A stretch of 64,000 nucleotides of DNA from Candidatus Methylomirabilota bacterium. Lineage in GTDB: Bacteria > Methylomirabilota > Methylomirabilia > Rokubacteriales > CSP1-6. Location of the stretch: NCBI GenBank assembly GCA_046723845.1, contig JBKOVG010000159.1:764-64763 (forward strand), written 5' to 3'. The position numbers were made by a program, and so were the translations under genes. The notes under the pieces were generated by a model. It saw only the letters and a list, made by a program, of their open reading frames with translations, searched no databases and was not told where the DNA came from. Positions 63,765-64,000 of the stretch are shown piece after piece. Every line of letters begins with the position of its first letter. The stretch's first letter is position 1.

Positions 63765-64000
63765 CTAGCGCGCGTCCTTGATGGCCTGGGCGAGGAGCCT
63801 GGCGCCCTCGTAGTTGCGCTCCGGCGTCTCCCAGCTGTAGGCGAGGCGGATGAACTCCTCGCCGCCGCCGTTGATGAAAAAGGCCGGGCCCGCCGTGTAC
63901 TGGATGCCGTGCTTCACCGCCCTCTCGCGCAGCTTCGTGGTGCTCGTGCCCATGGGCAGCTTGATCCAGATGAAGAAGCCGCCCTCGGGCTTGCTGATCT
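63765..64000 (-). CDS. PLP-dependent aminotransferase (class I/II), C-terminal fragment (gene continues past the right edge)
   Basis: Reads ...KPEGGFFIWIKLPMGTSTTKLRERAVKHGIQYTAGPAFF...EEFIRLAYSWETPERNYEGARLLAQAIKDAR, the typical C-terminal domain of fold-type I aminotransferases. Confidence 0.75.
   Translation of the reverse strand, partial: ISKPEGGFFIWIKLPMGTSTTKLRERAVKHGIQYTAGPAFFINGGGEEFIRLAYSWETPERNYEGARLLAQAIKDAR

Overview
Gene-dense, visibly very GC-rich chromosomal segment (codon third positions are almost always G/C). I support about 60 protein-coding genes and one tRNA, and found no rRNA, CRISPR array, transposase gene or phage genes. All product names come from reading motifs in the supplied translations and my own re-translation, because no database search was possible.

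Left to right:
- A DEAD-box helicase fragment, then tatC and thiD.
- A winged-helix/AAA/TPR (STAND-type) regulator.
- rsmI, then the conserved tRNA-Leu, tig, clpP, clpX block.
- An AidB-like acyl-CoA dehydrogenase, an alkaline-phosphatase-superfamily enzyme, a Bcr/CflA MFS pump and ispG.
- An eight-gene arsenic/organoarsenical island: arsR, arsI-like, arsM, aquaglyceroporin, arsN-like, arsC, MFS, GNAT.
- An ECF-type sigma factor with YCII, a LigAB-type extradiol dioxygenase and a cupin.
- A sugar-type ABC importer (substrate-binding protein plus two permeases).
- A Tam-like methyltransferase translationally coupled to a radical SAM enzyme.
- A CoxL-like molybdenum hydroxylase.
- A histidine-phosphatase / DUF3090 / SCO1664-like trio.
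- chrA, oligopeptidase B, a Rieske oxygenase, Fpg/Nei with DinB, an amidase with HAD, a protoglobin with a ChlI-like AAA+ ATPase, an IlvD/Edd-family dehydratase, a SulP-STAS-cNMP transporter, an epoxide-hydrolase-like enzyme and a trypsin-like lipoprotein.

Most notable observations:
1. The radical SAM ORF ends at an in-frame TGA. Read as selenocysteine, it gives a C-U-A-E-P tail, and a SECIS-like hairpin starts 12 nt downstream. This looks like a recoded selenoprotein of unknown function.
2. Two families of intergenic repeats are present. One is a structured element with a conserved core in three copies. The other is a TA-flanked, MITE-like element with terminal inverted repeats in two copies, whose ends supply TAG stop codons to flanking genes.
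3. An anomalously AT-richer 350-bp non-coding stretch ends in a good intrinsic terminator.
4. The actinobacterial-type three-gene system of unknown function is present.

The many long antisense ORFs in the track are GC-driven shadows.
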